From Methanothermobacter marburgensis str. Marburg (GTDB taxonomy: Archaea; Methanobacteriota; Methanobacteria; Methanobacteriales; Methanothermobacteraceae), in assembly GCF_000145295.1 (NCBI RefSeq), contig NC_014408.1:1450793-1482792 (forward strand): 32,000 nt of DNA. The letters run 5' to 3'. Under the pieces are notes generated by a model. It ran no database searches and had not been told where the DNA came from. It worked only from the letters and a program-made list of their open reading frames with translations. How positions within the stretch are numbered: the stretch's first letter is position 1; every line of letters starts with the position of its first letter. Both the position numbers and the translations under genes were made by a program. Below, piece after piece: positions 17,506 to 26,627 of this stretch.

Positions 17506-17864
17506 AGGCTTCTTTATTATATTGCGGTTATTTTGTCATCTTTCACGGTTCCAGTAACTTTGCTGGCCATTAGATCATATGCAGTGATGCAGGCACAGGT
17601 CAGATTATTGTTAGTGTTTCTTTTAATGATAAATTTTGTACTCCTATTATCTTAGGTCTAAGAGAGCGTTTAAATGAGAAGAAAAAGGGGCAATTGAAAC
17701 CCTCACGTTTATAATATTTTTACTACTTATAATTGTTCTTCCAGGTGCTCCTGCTTAACAAAACACGGGAGACATGTAAATGAATTATCATAACTAACAT
17801 GATGTGCAATTATCATGATGCTGTAATATTACGAAATAACCGGAATAAGCATGACACTTTATGT

Positions 17865-18872
17865 TCACTGGTTCTCCTCAGCAGCTGATTCTCCAAGCCG
17901 GTAGGCCTCAAGGGCCGCGTAGGCAAGCCCCAGGACCAGTGGCCCCACTATGAACCCGGCAACACCCCATACGACCGGGCCCCCAAGGAAACCCACAAGG
18001 AATATCATGGGGTGTATATCAGCATACTTACCTGAAAGCTTTGGCCGGAGGTATATGTCGATTGTGCTGAGGAATATCCCGAATATGAGGACCAGAACCC
18101 CCCTGAGGATATTCCCGGTCACCAAGTCATAGATGGCAAGGGGGGTGTAGGCAGCCCATGGACCTATAACCGGTATGAGCTGAAATATCCCGGTTATTAT
18201 ACCGAGGACTATGGCGTAGGGGTAGCCCAGGAGGTGAAAGCCGAGCCCCGCCATGATGCCTATGAGGAGCGCTGTGAGGAAGTGGCCATAGAATATGCTC
18301 ATGAGCACACGTTCTGTCTCAGAGGCCATCCTCCTCATGAAGGGCTTGGCTTCAGTGGGTATGATGCCCCTTATATATGAAAGGAGCCTTTCACCATCCC
18401 TTGCAAAGTAGAATGTTGATGAGAGGAATATGAAGAGCTGCAGGGCTATCATGGGGACTGACTGTATCACATCAATCACATAGTTGATGGATCCTCTCAG
18501 TATGTCGGTTAAAATACCCCTCAAAGCCCCCAGGGTGCCCCCGGAACTCTGGAGCTGTCCCGGAAGGTAGGGGATATCAAAGCCCCTTGCAAGGGTTATG
18601 AGTGAGGGGGTGGAGTTTATGAGGGAATCCACGGTAAAAACCACTATACCAATAAGGGGCATTATAACAACGATCATGGCGATGATTATTGAGACCGAGA
18701 GGTAGGGTATCCTCTCATTTATCCTTAAAGCCACCGGCCTTACAATGTAGGCGAACACAGCCCCCAGGAAGAGCATGGTCCAGATGGGATAGATTACAAT
18801 GGCCGATAGAAGTATCAGTGCAAGTACAAGGAATGAAGCAGATGTGATGGTGCCCCTGAGCCTCTCAATCAT
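17865..18872 (-). CDS. AI-2E family transporter (PerM/UPF0118-type permease)
   Basis: 335 aa, a polytopic membrane protein with the typical AI-2E layout of about 8 TM helices and a conserved G/P-rich C-terminal half. Confidence 0.82.
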   Translation of the reverse strand: MIERLRGTITSASFLVLALILLSAIVIYPIWTMLFLGAVFAYIVRPVALRINERIPYLSVSIIIAMIVVIMPLIGIVVFTVDSLINSTPSLITLARGFDIPYLPGQLQSSGGTLGALRGILTDILRGSINYVIDVIQSVPMIALQLFIFLSSTFYFARDGERLLSYIRGIIPTEAKPFMRRMASETERVLMSIFYGHFLTALLIGIMAGLGFHLLGYPYAIVLGIITGIFQLIPVIGPWAAYTPLAIYDLVTGNILRGVLVLIFGIFLSTIDIYLRPKLSGKYADIHPMIFLVGFLGGPVVWGVAGFIVGPLVLGLAYAALEAYRLGESAAEENQ

Positions 18873-18884
18873 GAAACCACCACA

Positions 18885-19679
18885 TTACCAGCTGATTCTC
18901 CGGCCGGCAGCGTCCCTCCTGTACCTGCCAAATTCACCGACACCCCGTAATTCATGGTCCCAGAAGACAGGACCCTCGGCACAGACCCTCCACCCTGTCC
19001 CGTCGACGCAGCACTGGCCGCAGATACCCACGGCACACTTCATGTACCTCTCAAGGGAAAACTGGGTCGGTATCCCCCTCTCATCAAGCACCGCCTTCAC
19101 ATGGAACATCATGGGTTCTGGACCGCACACAGCCGCCATGTCATATTCTCCATCCATTTCAGAAAGGCGTTCATGTGCAAATCCCTGAAACCCGCAGGTT
19201 CCATCATCTGTACATGTATGGATATTAACACCTGCATTCTCAAGCCTCTCTGTGAAGAGAAGCTCATCTGATGTCCTTGCAGCCACAACCGCATCCACAT
19301 TCATGCCCCGTGCCACAGCCTCCTCTGCAAGGGCTGCAAGGGGTGCCATACCTATCCCGCCGCCCACAAGGATCAGGTTTCTTCCCATGAGTTCAAAACC
19401 CCTTCCATAGGGTCCCCTGACCCCCAGGAGGTCTCCCTCGTCCAGTTCATGGACCGCTGATGTGAATTCACCAACCCTCCTTATGGATATGCCGATCTCA
19501 GACCTCTTATGGTCAATGAGTGAGACTGACATGGGTTTCTCGTCGCTGAAATTCCAGACCATGACGAACTGTCCGGGCACTATTTCCCTCCTGAAGTCCC
19601 AGTCAAATATGAATGTCCTGACGGTCTCAGATTCCTCAACTATACCCTTAATTTCAAGAAGCTCTGGAACATTTCCCAT
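18885..19679 (-). CDS. pyrK: Dihydroorotate dehydrogenase (type 1B) electron-transfer subunit
   Basis: It shows an FAD/NAD(P)-binding ferredoxin-reductase fold (RSEIGISIRRVGEFT, GGGIGMAPL) and the C-terminal 2Fe-2S motif CAVGICGQCCV. I placed the start at ATG 19679 (MGNVPELL), 4 nt after the pyrD stop. The ORF track extends to 19721. Confidence 0.9.
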   Translation of the reverse strand: MGNVPELLEIKGIVEESETVRTFIFDWDFRREIVPGQFVMVWNFSDEKPMSVSLIDHKRSEIGISIRRVGEFTSAVHELDEGDLLGVRGPYGRGFELMGRNLILVGGGIGMAPLAALAEEAVARGMNVDAVVAARTSDELLFTERLENAGVNIHTCTDDGTCGFQGFAHERLSEMDGEYDMAAVCGPEPMMFHVKAVLDERGIPTQFSLERYMKCAVGICGQCCVDGTGWRVCAEGPVFWDHELRGVGEFGRYRRDAAGRRISW

Positions 19680-19683
19680 GAAA

Positions 19684-20592
19684 TCACACCCCCTCATGGG
19701 CCAGTCCAACCATCTCATCAACCGATGAGAAGCCCTCCTCGATCATGAACCTTTCAAGGCCCCTGCATATCCCCATGAAGATCTCGGGGCCATCATACAT
19801 TATGGCTGTACCCACCTGAACGGCCACTGCACCTGCAAAGAGAAATTCAACCGCGTCTCTGAAGTCCCTGACGCCACCGGCGCCAATTATTGGGATCTCA
19901 ACACTGCGGTAAACATCATAGACGCACCTTACAGCCACGGGTTTTATGGCGGGACCAGACATTCCCCCAAAGGCATTGGAGAGTACAGGTTTTGCTGTTT
20001 TTATATCGATCTTCATCCCGGGACCAAGGGAGTTTATGAGGGTCAGGGCATCTGAACCTGCATCCTCTGCGCTTTTTGCTATCTCAACGATGTCTGTAAC
20101 GTTTGGTGTGAGCTTGGTGGATACCGGCACGCCCACAGCATCCTTTACAGCCGATACCACCCTGAATGTCAGCCCGGCATCCTGTCCTATGGAAGCCCCG
20201 CAACCCGCCATGGCGTGGGGACAGGACACGTTGAGTTCGATCATGTCCACGTAGTCCTCCACTGAAGCCGCCACCCTGGCAAATTCCTCCGGTGAAGACC
20301 CGTAGATGGATGCTATGAGGGGCACATCATCATCCACCCCCCTGAGCTCCTCTTTAAATGCCTCAACTCCAGGATTTGATAGGCCTATGGCATTTATGAT
20401 CCCGCCGGTAACCTCCACTGTGGTGGGATTTTTATAGCCCTCATTGGGTTCCAGTGAAAAGGATTTGGTTACAACGGCCCCTGCACCTGCACGGTAGACC
20501 CTGTTGAGGGATGAAGCCATGCTCCCCATAACTCCCGCAGCAAGCATGGTTGGATTCCTGAGCTCAATATTACATATCCTGGTCCTCAGCAT
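19684..20592 (-). CDS. pyrD: Dihydroorotate dehydrogenase 1B catalytic subunit
   Basis: Supporting motifs are NPTMLAAGVMG, LNVSCPH and GGV...AVQVGTA. The start is placed at ATG 20592 (MLRTRICNIEL). Confidence 0.93.
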   Translation of the reverse strand: MLRTRICNIELRNPTMLAAGVMGSMASSLNRVYRAGAGAVVTKSFSLEPNEGYKNPTTVEVTGGIINAIGLSNPGVEAFKEELRGVDDDVPLIASIYGSSPEEFARVAASVEDYVDMIELNVSCPHAMAGCGASIGQDAGLTFRVVSAVKDAVGVPVSTKLTPNVTDIVEIAKSAEDAGSDALTLINSLGPGMKIDIKTAKPVLSNAFGGMSGPAIKPVAVRCVYDVYRSVEIPIIGAGGVRDFRDAVEFLFAGAVAVQVGTAIMYDGPEIFMGICRGLERFMIEEGFSSVDEMVGLAHEGV

Positions 20593-20643
20593 GAAAAACA
20601 CCTTCTAAATATATTTATAGTCACCACCTATAGATGTACCCCT
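20593..20643. promoter_or_regulatory. Compact divergent promoter region shared by pyrD and nop5
   Basis: The spacer is 51 bp with a single AT-rich core, TAAATATATTTATAG, at 20606-20620. This core lies about 25-30 nt from both ATG 20644 (nop5, no SD) and ATG 20592 (pyrD). That spacing suggests short-leader or leaderless transcripts. Confidence 0.35.
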
Positions 20644-21753
20644 ATGAAGTGTTATCTCACAGGCTGCGTTGCTGGTTTTGTTGCCTTCAGTGAAGATCTG
20701 AAAGTCATAGATTATGAAACTTTCCCGCTGGATGATGTGGCCAGCAGGCTCAGCGAATCACAGATGGGAGGTATCACACCTGAGGAGAGGAGGATACTTG
20801 AAAGGCTCCTTGGTGAATACGATGAGGTTGTTGTTGAGGCTGAACCATCCCCTGCATACTCTGAATTTGGTAAAATCAGGTTTGAAATGCCATCAGCCGC
20901 CGGAGTCCATCTGAGGGAGAACCTCGATGAGATACTGGAATCAATCACTGATATCCCCCCATCCAGATTCATACACAGCGCCCTCATCTCGGCAACCCGG
21001 GAAAAACTGAGGGAGTCCCTCAGGGAATCTGACAGGTTCCTCATACAGGCCATAAATGCCCTTGATGAACTGGACGAGGAGATCGGGAAACTGATAGAGA
21101 GGCTGAGGGAGTGGTATTCCCTTCACTTCCCTGAACTGGATGGTGTGAGGAGCCATGAGCAGTACGTTGAGCTGGTTGCCAGGTACGGTGACCGGGACAG
21201 GATACTTGAAAATTTCAGGATGGATGTGGAGGAAAGCATAGGTTCGGATATCAGCAGCGAGGACCTCCATATCTTCATGGACCTTGCAGAGAGTATCAGG
21301 AGACTCCAGAGGCTGAGGCAGGACACCGAGAGGTACATTGACCTCAAAATGGAGAAGCTCGCCCCCAACCTCAGGGCACTTGCAGGTGCGAATGTTGGGG
21401 CAAGGCTTATTGCACATGCAGGTGGCCTCAGGGAACTTGCCATGCTCCCCTCATCCACTGTACAGGTCCTTGGGGCTGAGAAGGCCCTCTTCAGGCATCT
21501 CAAATCAAATGCCAGGCCCCCAAAGCATGGGGTGATCTTTCAGCACCCCTCCATACGGTCATCACCATGGTGGATAAGGGGCAGGGTTGCAAGGCTTCTT
21601 GCCGGTAAAATAGTAATCGCAGTGAGAAAGGATGTTTTCAGCGGGGAATTCGATCCAGAGATCATTGAAAGTTTCAATGAGAGATTTGAATTCATAAAAA
21701 ATAAAAACAAGAAACCTCCCGTCAAAAGGAAGAGGTTCCAGAGGAAAAGATAA
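20644..21753 (+). CDS. nop5: C/D box sRNP core protein Nop5 (Nop56/58 homologue)
   Basis: The Nop domain is present (GARLIAHAGGLRELAMLPSSTVQVLGAEKALFRHL), together with a coiled-coil middle region and a Lys-rich tail. Confidence 0.93.
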   Translation: MKCYLTGCVAGFVAFSEDLKVIDYETFPLDDVASRLSESQMGGITPEERRILERLLGEYDEVVVEAEPSPAYSEFGKIRFEMPSAAGVHLRENLDEILESITDIPPSRFIHSALISATREKLRESLRESDRFLIQAINALDELDEEIGKLIERLREWYSLHFPELDGVRSHEQYVELVARYGDRDRILENFRMDVEESIGSDISSEDLHIFMDLAESIRRLQRLRQDTERYIDLKMEKLAPNLRALAGANVGARLIAHAGGLRELAMLPSSTVQVLGAEKALFRHLKSNARPPKHGVIFQHPSIRSSPWWIRGRVARLLAGKIVIAVRKDVFSGEFDPEIIESFNERFEFIKNKNKKPPVKRKRFQRKR

Positions 21754-21774
21754 TCAGAGTGGAGGGTGTGTCCA

Positions 21775-22440
21775 GTGAAACGTGTTAAGGGCCTTGATGG
21801 TGTTTTTATGATGAATGACTCGCTCCTCACAGTGAACCCCAATCCCGGTGTGAGGGTCTATGGGGAGAAGCTCATAGAGTGGGGTGGCCGGGAGTACCGG
21901 GTCTGGGATCCCAGGCGGTCCAAACTTGCAGCCGCCATTCACAATGGTCTCAGAGGCTTCAGCCTGAAAGCCAGTTGCCGGGTACTGTATCTTGGGGCTT
22001 CGGCCGGAACAACAGCCTCACACATCTCTGATATTGTGACAGACGGCAGGGTATACTGCGTTGAATTTTCACCCAGGATGATGAGGGAGCTTCTGGAGGT
22101 GTGCAGTGCCCGTATGAACATGCTGCCGCTTCTCGAGGACGCTTCAAGGCCCAGAGATTACCTCAGGATGGTTGAGGCGGCTGACCTCGTCTACTGTGAC
22201 ATTGCACAGCCAGACCAGACCCGGTTGTTCGCCGAGAATATGGAATATTTCCTGAGGGATGATGGCTACGGTCTCATAATGATAAAGGCCAGGAGCATAG
22301 ATGTTACAAGGAGCCCCCGTAAGATCTTCCGTGAGGAGGTAAGGAAACTCAGGGACTCAGATTTCCAGGTGATGGACCAGGTGGGCCTTAATCCCTACGA
22401 GAAGGACCATATGGCTGTTCTTGTTAAAAGAAGTGATTGA
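21775..22440 (+). CDS. flpA: Fibrillarin-like rRNA/tRNA 2'-O-methyltransferase
   Basis: Supporting motifs are [17 protein letters not shown] and the SAM motif [17 protein letters not shown]. The start is probably GTG 21775, 8 nt after GGAGGG at 21761-21766. The ORF track starts at GTG 21766. Confidence 0.93.
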   Translation: MKRVKGLDGVFMMNDSLLTVNPNPGVRVYGEKLIEWGGREYRVWDPRRSKLAAAIHNGLRGFSLKASCRVLYLGASAGTTASHISDIVTDGRVYCVEFSPRMMRELLEVCSARMNMLPLLEDASRPRDYLRMVEAADLVYCDIAQPDQTRLFAENMEYFLRDDGYGLIMIKARSIDVTRSPRKIFREEVRKLRDSDFQVMDQVGLNPYEKDHMAVLVKRSD

Positions 22441-22529
22441 AATTCATATGATTTTTTAACAGATTTTTAGTAAAAAAGGTATATATTGGGTTAGTTACAT
22501 AATTTTAATCCCAACTGAAGGCCATAATT

Positions 22530-22584
22530 TCACCTCCGGGTTATTGTTGCAACACAATAACCTGGAGTGAATAACTCCATTTTT
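22530..22584 (+). ncRNA. Candidate small structured RNA or terminator hairpin between the convergent flpA and coaBC genes
   Basis: A ~17-bp hairpin spans 22530-22570 (TCACCTCCGGGTTATTGT / ACAATAACCTGGAGTGA, with 1 bulge, 1 G-U pair and a 6-nt loop). An alternative 5-bp hairpin lies at 22564-22578, followed by T5 at 22580-22584. A TATA-like GGTATATATT sits at 22478-22487, after the flpA T-runs. There is no homology evidence. Confidence 0.3.
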
Positions 22585-22633
22585 CTGATTTCTGCTGAAA
22601 TAAAATGAGTGAAAGCATTATTTTTTAAGCTTA

Positions 22634-23791
22634 TCAAGAATTTCGTTCCTTTTCTTCAAGTTTCCCTGCAATCTCATCAATTATTAGGGATGCGAGGTCA
22701 TCCTTGCTCATTACAGGAAGTTCCAGTGCTTCATCTGAGACTATGATGGCCATGTTGCTGTCTGAGCCGAACCCCTCAACTGAAACGTCATTTGCAACGA
22801 CGATATCCACACCAGCCTCCTGCATCTGCTTCTCTGCAGATCTGATAAGTTCATCCCTGGGGACATCGTACTCGGCCTTGAATCCAACAATAAGTGCGTC
22901 GGGGTTAAGTTCCCTTGCAATTTTTATGATCTTGGGGTTTGGTTTAAGTGTGAGTGTGAGTTCTCCATCTGAGGATATCTTCCTCTCTGTGTAGGTGGGT
23001 TTGAAGTCAGCGACGGCTGCAGCCGATACGAATACATCATGTTCCCCTATAAGTTCCCTGACTGCTGATGCCATGGAATCCGCTGTCTCAGTCCCTATAA
23101 CTGTGAACTGCTGGGGGATATCCACTGAGATGATACCTGCCAGGAGTGTGACGTCGGCACCCTCAATGTATGCCCTTCGTGCAACCGCAAGACCCATCTT
23201 ACCTGAACTTCTGTTTGTAATGCCCCTGACTGGATCTATTGGCTCATATGTTCCGCCAAGGCTTATGAGGACCCTTTTACCCCTCAACCTCTGCTTTGAG
23301 GTCTGCCTCATCGCCTCAAGTACTATCGTGTTGATGTCAGGGAACTTGGCCTTCCCCTCATCCATGCGGGGCTCAACAAAGACAACACCCTCATCCCTCA
23401 GCCTTCGCATGTTCCCCTTTGCAGCGGCATACATGGCCTCATGCATTGATGGGACCATAACTATTGGGGTCCCCATCCCTGATGCCGTGAGGAGAAGGGA
23501 TGATATGGGGTTGTCGGCCAGCTTAAAGGCAAGTTTACCTATGATGTTGGCTGTTGCAGGGGCCACCAGGATTAGGTCTGCGTCGGCGTACTTAACGTGC
23601 TCTATCTCCCCTGTAAGTTCAAGGATGGGTTTGCTTCCTGTGGCGAACTCCATTGCATAGGGGTGTATTATTCTGCAGGCGTCCTCACTCATGAAACAGG
23701 TGACACTGGCGCCCTGCCTTCTCAGTTCCCTTGCGAGTTTAACCGCCTCAATGGCGGCAACGCTTCCTGTAACGCAAAGTACTATCTCCAT
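22634..23791 (-). CDS. coaBC: Bifunctional phosphopantothenoylcysteine decarboxylase / phosphopantothenate-cysteine ligase
   Basis: The N-terminal flavoprotein region is MEIVLCVTGSVAA and the CoaB signature is GGTYEPIDPVRGITNRSSGKMG. I preferred the start at ATG 23791. An alternative ATG at 23812 overlaps the upstream gene by 11 nt. Confidence 0.9.
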   Translation of the reverse strand: MEIVLCVTGSVAAIEAVKLARELRRQGASVTCFMSEDACRIIHPYAMEFATGSKPILELTGEIEHVKYADADLILVAPATANIIGKLAFKLADNPISSLLLTASGMGTPIVMVPSMHEAMYAAAKGNMRRLRDEGVVFVEPRMDEGKAKFPDINTIVLEAMRQTSKQRLRGKRVLISLGGTYEPIDPVRGITNRSSGKMGLAVARRAYIEGADVTLLAGIISVDIPQQFTVIGTETADSMASAVRELIGEHDVFVSAAAVADFKPTYTERKISSDGELTLTLKPNPKIIKIARELNPDALIVGFKAEYDVPRDELIRSAEKQMQEAGVDIVVANDVSVEGFGSDSNMAIIVSDEALELPVMSKDDLASLIIDEIAGKLEEKERNS

Positions 23792-23801
23792 TCCATCCCC
23801 A

Positions 23802-24299
23802 TCATGTGTCATCTATAACAACAACCGTTTTTTCGCCGGTCAGCATTTCTATTATCTCGTTGAGGGTTTCAAGTTTTCCTGGAACCCTCCTTGCATCCTC
23901 CCGCATAACCCTGATCTTGAAGCGTTCCTCACCGTCCTTTCCAAATACTATGTTGATCCCTGAAATCCTTGCAGGTGCAAGGACATCCTCTGCAACTGAT
24001 TTGAGGTCAGAGTTCTCACCGACCACCCTCACCTTCTTGCCCAGAGCCCTTGATATTGCCCTTACGATTTTACCGCCCTTGCCTATCAGTTTTCCCACCT
24101 CATCAGACTCCGTTATGATTATAACTATTCCATCAAGGTCTATGGCCCTTTTAAATCCGAGTTTTCCCTCTCCAATCCTGTATAGAACCTTTGAGATCTC
24201 CAGTTCAGTCTGAGTTACCTCCCCTGTTTTAAGTTTATTTTCACAGCCCTGACATAAAATTCCGCTTTTAAGACAGACATCGCATATTGGCAATACCAT
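23802..24299 (-). CDS. Zinc-ribbon plus KH-domain RNA-binding protein (NusA-like KH)
   Basis: Start ATG 24299 follows the strong SD AAGGAGGAAG. It has an N-terminal CxxC...CxxC (ICDVCLKSGILCQGC) and the KH GxxG motif IGKGGKIV. Confidence 0.75.
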   Translation of the reverse strand: MVLPICDVCLKSGILCQGCENKLKTGEVTQTELEISKVLYRIGEGKLGFKRAIDLDGIVIIITESDEVGKLIGKGGKIVRAISRALGKKVRVVGENSDLKSVAEDVLAPARISGINIVFGKDGEERFKIRVMREDARRVPGKLETLNEIIEMLTGEKTVVVIDDT

Positions 24300-24513
24300 T
24301 CCTTCTTCCTCCTTTTCTTTAGTGATTACCGTGGTTATCGTGAGCAAGGCCACACCTGTAAATCCCGGTTTAAAAACCCGTCACAGTCTTTAAACCTCTG
24401 GAGATAAAATAAAAAGAGCCCATTTATCACTGCAGTGACCCTTATAATTTAATAATATTTTGATAAATATAAATTTATAGTTTTGGTGTATCCCTAAAGA
24501 AAGAAGAGTGGAG

Positions 24514-25038
24514 TTAAATAAATCTGAGGCTGTTCACGATAAGGTCGAAGTTCTTCCTTTCAGCGTCGAACCTGTCAGCCGGGGCTGTGCAGAGTATCAC
24601 ATAGACCCTTCTGTTGTTCTGTATCCAGATGGCTCTCTGCTTCTTCTGTACCCCATCAAGGACAAGGTAGACATTCTCTATTGCCTGGTAACCACCTATG
24701 GTCGTGTTTGTCTCTGAGACCCTCCTGTAACTGGAGTTGGTGAACAGTGTATCATAGTTGTCCCTGTACATATCATAGAGGTTACCCTCTAGTTCCCTTG
24801 ACTGGATCACAACTGAGACCTGTGCAAGTCCAGATGAATCAACTGATGCCGGGTCCCCGACGGCTGCGACTGTTTCGTTTGCCAGTGAATTGGCTGTCAC
24901 CCAGCTGGATGGGTACTCAAATGAAATATTGTTTCCTGAGAACCTCTTGGTCTGGTTCTCAGAGTTACTGTCCGGTGACGTGCATCCTGACACCGCAACA
25001 ACCATTATTATGAAAAGGATGAGCCAGTGTTTCCTCAT
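24514..25038 (-). CDS. Exported protein or putative lipoprotein of unknown function
   Basis: The signal peptide has a lipobox-like Cys (MRKHWLILFIIMVVAVSGC|TSPD). The mature part is a mixed beta-type sequence with no recognised family. Confidence 0.7.
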   Translation of the reverse strand: MRKHWLILFIIMVVAVSGCTSPDSNSENQTKRFSGNNISFEYPSSWVTANSLANETVAAVGDPASVDSSGLAQVSVVIQSRELEGNLYDMYRDNYDTLFTNSSYRRVSETNTTIGGYQAIENVYLVLDGVQKKQRAIWIQNNRRVYVILCTAPADRFDAERKNFDLIVNSLRFI

Positions 25039-25053
25039 GCAGTTTCCTCACTC

Positions 25054-25677
25054 TCATGGTGATGATGGTGGATTCTCCCCTCCACCGGTCCCCTGATTAT
25101 CAGGGGTTGTTGGAGTGGTGGGTGTTGAAGGCTTTTCTGGTGTTGTTGGAGTGGTGGGTGTTGTGTTGGTGGGGGTCCTGTTTGTGGTGGAAGTTACAGT
25201 CACATTTTTGACGGTGTTGTTGAAGGATGGGAACGCTGTTTCGTTCACAGTAACGGTTCCTGTAACAGGGGTTTCCTCCTTCAGGTTCATGAAGTACAGC
25301 CCGAATCCCGTTCCAAAGAAGAACGCCGCCACAATTATTATGGCACCTATGAGCGACAGATTCGGACCCCTCCTTTCCTTGACCTCCTCTGTCTTGACGT
25401 ACCTTCTGACGAGTTCCTCCCTCTCCTCTTCCTCCTTCTTTTTCCGTGATTCCTCCACCCAGTGGTCGAGGGGTTTTTCCGGGGTTTTCTGCCCCTGAAG
25501 CCGCCTTATGTTTTCAACTGCCTCAATTGTTTCAAGTTCCTTCGTGTACTGTTCCTTCAGTTCACTGTATTTCTTCCTTGAAATATTACCCTCTTCAAGG
25601 TCCCTTTCAAGTTTCTTAAGCTGTCTCAGGAGGATTTTCTTATCCGGACTAATCATAATCATCTCCTGATAAATCAA
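25054..25677 (-). CDS. Single-pass membrane protein with an N-terminal coiled-coil/SHOCT-like segment and a Thr/Pro-rich C-terminal tail
   Basis: The SHOCT-like segment is LKKLERDLEEGNISRKKYSELKEQY and the TM helix is LSLIGAIIIVAAFFFGTGFGLYFM. The tail reads TPTNTTPTTPTTPEKPSTPTTPTTP. The start is uncertain, with several Met codons in the first 8 codons. Confidence 0.65.
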   Translation of the reverse strand: MIYQEMIMISPDKKILLRQLKKLERDLEEGNISRKKYSELKEQYTKELETIEAVENIRRLQGQKTPEKPLDHWVEESRKKKEEEEREELVRRYVKTEEVKERRGPNLSLIGAIIIVAAFFFGTGFGLYFMNLKEETPVTGTVTVNETAFPSFNNTVKNVTVTSTTNRTPTNTTPTTPTTPEKPSTPTTPTTPDNQGTGGGENPPSSP

Positions 25678-25805
25678 TGATAATCAACTGGATCTATATT
25701 GAACAGCCGGGTATATATAATTTATATGGCATGGAACATTCCCGGACACGATAGAAAAGTAAGTTTATACTGAAGTCTGCTGAGGTCCCTGGAAAATCAA
25801 AAGAA

Positions 25806-26627
25806 CTATTCATAAACAGTTTCCTCTGGATAGGACCCCAGAATTTTAAAGAAAGGTGTTCTATCAGCTATACAATCAAGCACGTCCATTATTACGGCGT
25901 CCTTCCTGTGCCCCTCAAAATCTATGAAGAATATGTACTTGCCAAGCCCCCTCTTTGAGGGTCTGGACTCTATCTTTGTGAGGTTCACACCATGCTCTGC
26001 AAAGAATCCCAGGACTTCATAAAGTCCCCCTGGTCTGTCCTCTGCCAGGGAAAAGACTATGGAGGTCTTGTCCTTTCCTGTTGGCTCATGATCCTTCTCT
26101 GAGAGGACTATGAACCTTGTGAAGTTGGGGTCAAAGTCTTGTATGTCCTCTGCGATCACATCAAGGCCATAGATATCAGCGGCTCTCAGGGTCCCTATCG
26201 CCGCAAGTTCCCTTCTCCCCACTATCGTCCTGGCTGCTGCCGCTGTGCTGGGTGCTGAATGTGTTGTGACCCCCAGTTTCTCCAGGAACCGCCGGCACTG
26301 TGCAAGGGACTGGGGGTGCGAGTAAACCTCCCTCACCTCCCCCAGGGATACACCACTGTTGACAAGGAGGTTGTGCCTCACCCTCAGTATTATCTCCCTC
26401 TCTATGCACAGATCATATTCCCATGCCAGAAGGTCAAGTGTTACCCCAACCGGCCCCTCAATTGAGTTCTCAATGGGGACAACCCCCCTTGAAGCCTTAC
26501 CTGATGCCACCGCCCCCAGAACCTCAAGTATGGAGTCAAAGGCCAGAAGTTCCTCACCAATATGGAGTGCTGCCTCCTCGGTGAATGTCCCCTCGGGTCC
26601 AAGGTAGGCTATGGATTCCCCTGCCAT
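25806..26627 (-). CDS. pheA: Prephenate dehydratase (PDT domain plus ACT domain)
   Basis: Supporting motifs are IAYLGPEGTFTEEAA and the ACT region TSIVFSLAEDRPGGLYEVLGFFAEHGVNLTKIESRP. Its ATG overlaps the stop of the upstream RNA ligase gene (TGATG). Confidence 0.92.
   Translation of the reverse strand: MAGESIAYLGPEGTFTEEAALHIGEELLAFDSILEVLGAVASGKASRGVVPIENSIEGPVGVTLDLLAWEYDLCIEREIILRVRHNLLVNSGVSLGEVREVYSHPQSLAQCRRFLEKLGVTTHSAPSTAAAARTIVGRRELAAIGTLRAADIYGLDVIAEDIQDFDPNFTRFIVLSEKDHEPTGKDKTSIVFSLAEDRPGGLYEVLGFFAEHGVNLTKIESRPSKRGLGKYIFFIDFEGHRKDAVIMDVLDCIADRTPFFKILGSYPEETVYE

Noticed and set aside
10520-17650. Possible att-like direct repeats flanking the island (TCTAAGAGA at ~10529 and ~17629; AACAAAAC at ~10093 and ~17758)
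   Set aside because: Matches of 8-9 nt are expected by chance for two AT-rich regions of this size. No tRNA or integrase is nearby to support an integration site.
22441-22633. C/D box sRNA next to nop5-flpA
   Set aside because: CUGA motifs are present (22586, 22595), but I found no RUGAUGA C box at an appropriate distance or in the right order on either strand. It is kept only as a generic structured-RNA candidate.
22995-23660. 221-aa + strand ORF inside coaBC. The same issue applies to other long antisense ORFs, such as 3206-3655, 28268-28879, 28895-29536, 29917-30516, 30524-30997 and 31028-31384.
   Set aside because: These lie entirely antisense to genes with strong family signatures. Their products are Ser/Thr/Leu-rich shadow translations without motifs, which is typical of antisense ORFs.
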